Shown piece by piece: positions 33,886 through 36,386 of a DNA stretch of 36,386 nucleotides; position 1 is the stretch's first letter, and every line of letters begins with the position of its first letter. The stretch is from positions 1 through 36,386 of the IMG/VR virus record IMGVR_UViG_3300030329_003598; one strand, 5' to 3'. The notes under the pieces are model-generated. The model did no database searches. It had not been told where the DNA came from and saw nothing but the letters and a program-made list of their open reading frames with translations. A program made the translations under genes and the position numbers. This stretch comes from a virus (taxonomy: Duplodnaviria > Caudoviricetes).

Positions 33886-35273
33886 TATGGGAGCCACACG
33901 AAGGTCCACAGAGACAGGCCTTAGAAGTAGGGGATTGTTATGAGATATTATATGGTGGAAGTCGTGGTGGTGGCAAGACAGATTGTGGGATTGCTTGGTT
34001 ACTTAGGGCTAGTGAGCATCCTTTGGCTAGGATGTTGGTTATTAGAAAAAATTCAGAGGATTTGTCTGATTGGATTGACAGAGCAAAGAGAATGTTCCCC
34101 AATGCAAAGATATCTGGAAAACCAGCAGTCATTAGGTTCCCTAGTGGAGCGATCATCAGGACAGGTCACTTAAAGGATGACCAGGCCTACACAAAGTACC
34201 AAGGACACGAGTATCATAGAATTGTCCTAGAAGAATTAACTCAGATACCATCTGAGGAAAGCTATTTGAAATTGATATCAAGTTGTCGTAGTAGTGTACC
34301 AGACTTAGAACCAAAGGTATTCTGCACTGCAAACCCTGGTGGCAAGGGGCATCAGTGGGTCAAGAAGAGATTCATTGATAATCACGAGCCTATGACTGCA
34401 TTTAAAGATGAGGTCTCAGGTCGTTATAGAATGTATATACCTGCTACCATAGATGATAATCCTACATTAGTAGACGCAGACCCTGATTATGTTGCATTTT
34501 TAGAGTCTTTACCAGAGCCACTTAGAAGTGCTTGGAGATATGGGGATTGGAATATATTTGCAGGTCAGTACTTTGTAGAGTGGAATCCTGGTAAACATAT
34601 TATAACAGAGGAAGATGCTAAAGCTCTGGGATATGGTGATTTAAATAATAGAAAGTACATAGGCATTGACTGGGGTTATGCTAATCCCTTTGCATGTGTC
34701 TGGAGCGAGGTAACACACGACAACAAGGTCTTCTTTTATAGGGAGCTATATGGGATTGAAAGACACCCAGCACAATGGGGTGAAACGATCGCTGAACTAT
34801 CTAGGGATGAAGAAATATTTAGTGCATTAGGTGACCCAAGTATGTGGGCTCGTAATCCAATGGCTTGGAACAAACAAGAGACACCATCATACACTGATAG
34901 GTCGATAGCCAATGCTATGATAGATTACATCCCTAACTTAGTACCTGCTAATAATAGTAGGGTGATAGGTTGGAGAAATATGGCTCAGTTGATGCACTAT
35001 GATAAGGAGTCTATACCAAGGTTCTATATTATAAAAGGTACCTGTCCAAATTTAATAAGGACATTGCCTGATATGATAAGGGATGAAAAGAACCCTGAGG
35101 ATATAGACACAACATTAGAAGACCACGTAATGGATGCCTGTAGATATAGCTTGTCTCATATACAAGCACCAATGAAAAAGTTAAAGAAGAAACCTGCACT
35201 ACAGCAACAGATAGAGAAGTTATTGCAGTTTGAAGATAAAGATGAATCTGAATTTGATTTCAGTAAAATGTAA
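33885..35273 (+). CDS. terL: Terminase large subunit (extends upstream of the track ORF at 34023)
   Basis: WEPHEGPQ adenine-binding motif, Walker A YGGSRGGGKT, Walker B IVLEE, TANPGG, nuclease IGIDWG and EDHVMDACRY. Confidence 0.93.
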   Translation: MWEPHEGPQRQALEVGDCYEILYGGSRGGGKTDCGIAWLLRASEHPLARMLVIRKNSEDLSDWIDRAKRMFPNAKISGKPAVIRFPSGAIIRTGHLKDDQAYTKYQGHEYHRIVLEELTQIPSEESYLKLISSCRSSVPDLEPKVFCTANPGGKGHQWVKKRFIDNHEPMTAFKDEVSGRYRMYIPATIDDNPTLVDADPDYVAFLESLPEPLRSAWRYGDWNIFAGQYFVEWNPGKHIITEEDAKALGYGDLNNRKYIGIDWGYANPFACVWSEVTHDNKVFFYRELYGIERHPAQWGETIAELSRDEEIFSALGDPSMWARNPMAWNKQETPSYTDRSIANAMIDYIPNLVPANNSRVIGWRNMAQLMHYDKESIPRFYIIKGTCPNLIRTLPDMIRDEKNPEDIDTTLEDHVMDACRYSLSHIQAPMKKLKKKPALQQQIEKLLQFEDKDESEFDFSKM

Positions 35274-35282
35274 GGAGAAGGT

Positions 35283-35438
35283 ATGCCAGAATATAAGGGA
35301 AAGAAATATCCATATACAGCCAAGGGTATGAAAGCATTTATCAAGGCTAGGAAAAAGAAAAAGAAAGGTGAAGTTGACTATCCTCACGATGTATCAGCAG
35401 GTGGTGGTCCTCCAAGTGGTGGTGGAGGTGCTGGTTAA
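35283..35438 (+). CDS. 51-aa basic, Gly-rich protein (not in ORF track)
   Basis: AAGGAG RBS; MPEYKGKKYPYTAKGMKAF...; TAATG coupling to the portal. Confidence 0.7.
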   Translation: MPEYKGKKYPYTAKGMKAFIKARKKKKKGEVDYPHDVSAGGGPPSGGGGAG

Positions 35439-36386
35439 TGCCAACTGAATATGATAAAGTCCTAGATGGTATGGATGTAGAGGTTAGGTCAGAGCCAAAC
35501 ACTACACCAAAAGACAGGAGCATTGTCAAGTATATGGATAAAATGTTTGATGAGGCTCAGAGGTCTAGGGCTCATAAGGTTCCTAGGTGGAGAAGGAATG
35601 AAGAATTGTATAATGGAGATTTCTTTAAGCCATTTAAGTTGCCTAAGTACAGGTCAAGGGTTGTTGCTAATACAATTCACAGCACAGTAGAGACTATGTA
35701 CTCAATCTTAACAGATAGATTCCCCAAGGTAGATATTATGCCATTTACTGAGGAACAAGTTCAACCAGCCCAGTTAGCACAGGAGGCTGTAGAGAGTGAG
35801 ATGAGGAAGCACAAGGCTCTCAGAGCGATCAATGGAATGAAAAGAGATGGTCTTATATATGGTAATGGCTTTGTTAAAATGAATTTTACAGAAGATGGTA
35901 TTGAGTATACTTGTCCTGATATATATACAGTGTTTGTAGACCCACTAGCTACCAATCTTAATAATGCAAAGTGTGTTATCTTTGCTACTCCAACATATGT
36001 AAGGGATGTAAGAGAGAGTTATGAGAATGGTAAGCATGTTAGAGCAGAGGGTAAATTAGATGAGTATAAATCATTTATAAGAGGTGCTGGTGATGAACAG
36101 CAAGGTCAAACAACCACTGCATCAGGTGGGTTGTCAGGAACATCTTCTCATACAGGTGTAGCATCATCAGATGTAAGGACAGATATGCAGGTGCTATCCC
36201 CATTAGACTCCACAGATTCAGGTGAGTTATTTGGAGGTCAGGTTTTATTAAAAGAGGCTTGGCATTTTGTAGGTGATGAGTTATATATAACTACTTGGGC
36301 AGGTAAGGTACTACTACAACATACAGTGGCACCCTATGATTTTATACCACTGGTAGGGTTTCAAAACTATCAAGATGAGCATCATT
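35438..36386 (+). CDS. Portal protein, N-terminal part (runs off the end, continues at the window start)
   Basis: GGAGG RBS, ATG 35438, open to the end; WRRNEELYNG, NTIHSTVE, DGLIYGNGFVK, VFVDPLAT. Confidence 0.9.
   Translation, partial: MPTEYDKVLDGMDVEVRSEPNTTPKDRSIVKYMDKMFDEAQRSRAHKVPRWRRNEELYNGDFFKPFKLPKYRSRVVANTIHSTVETMYSILTDRFPKVDIMPFTEEQVQPAQLAQEAVESEMRKHKALRAINGMKRDGLIYGNGFVKMNFTEDGIEYTCPDIYTVFVDPLATNLNNAKCVIFATPTYVRDVRESYENGKHVRAEGKLDEYKSFIRGAGDEQQGQTTTASGGLSGTSSHTGVASSDVRTDMQVLSPLDSTDSGELFGGQVLLKEAWHFVGDELYITTWAGKVLLQHTVAPYDFIPLVGFQNYQDEHH
36192..36386. repeat. Terminal direct repeat, copy 2
   Basis: Matches 1-195 with three substitutions. Confidence 0.97.

Noticed and set aside
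33940-34173. 77-aa plus-strand ORF overlapping the terL 5' region
   Set aside because: The terL motifs lie in another frame; no RBS or recognisable protein features
35399-35435. GGT-rich repeat-like tract
   Set aside because: Explained by Gly codons of the 51-aa ORF and the portal RBS
1-36386. Stop-codon reassignment or alternative genetic code
   Set aside because: Standard code gives dense, intact ORFs, and TAA, TAG and TGA all end genes

Overview
The window is an apparently complete, circularly permuted tailed-phage genome of about 36.2 kb. Bases 1-195 recur at 36192-36386 and the portal gene runs across that junction. The layout is podovirus-like (P22-type): terS-terL-portal-scaffold-major capsid-decoration-adaptor-large nozzle-second adaptor-ejection proteins-a 3432-aa polyvalent ejection protein-lysis genes. 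Next is a recombination/replication/nuclease block (Rad52/Sak-like annealing protein, PD-(D/E)XK nucleases, wHTH initiator, C5 DNA methyltransferase, DUF1599-like protein, SpoVG-like SSB, NinG). A divergently transcribed minus-strand array of small genes follows. I recognised no integrase, DNA polymerase, tRNA or CRISPR array, and the host cannot be assigned. Main unexplained signals: (1) all 31 GATC sites found by hand lie in CGATC/GATCG context, mostly CGATCR, are often built from rare codons, and are spaced unusually evenly at about 1.2 kb; (2) the giant protein is divided into kinase-like, glycosylase-like, ADP-ribosyltransferase-like and unknown modules by five S(F/Y)QLxP linkers, with an RBS-led ORF nested in one linker; (3) the minus-strand genes are joined by a repeated 16-bp AGGAGAACAAGTAATG junction, like a cassette array; (4) terL, the methyltransferase and the endolysin appear to use ATA/ATC starts. 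Functional calls come from motif recognition by eye and counts are manual. No searches were run.
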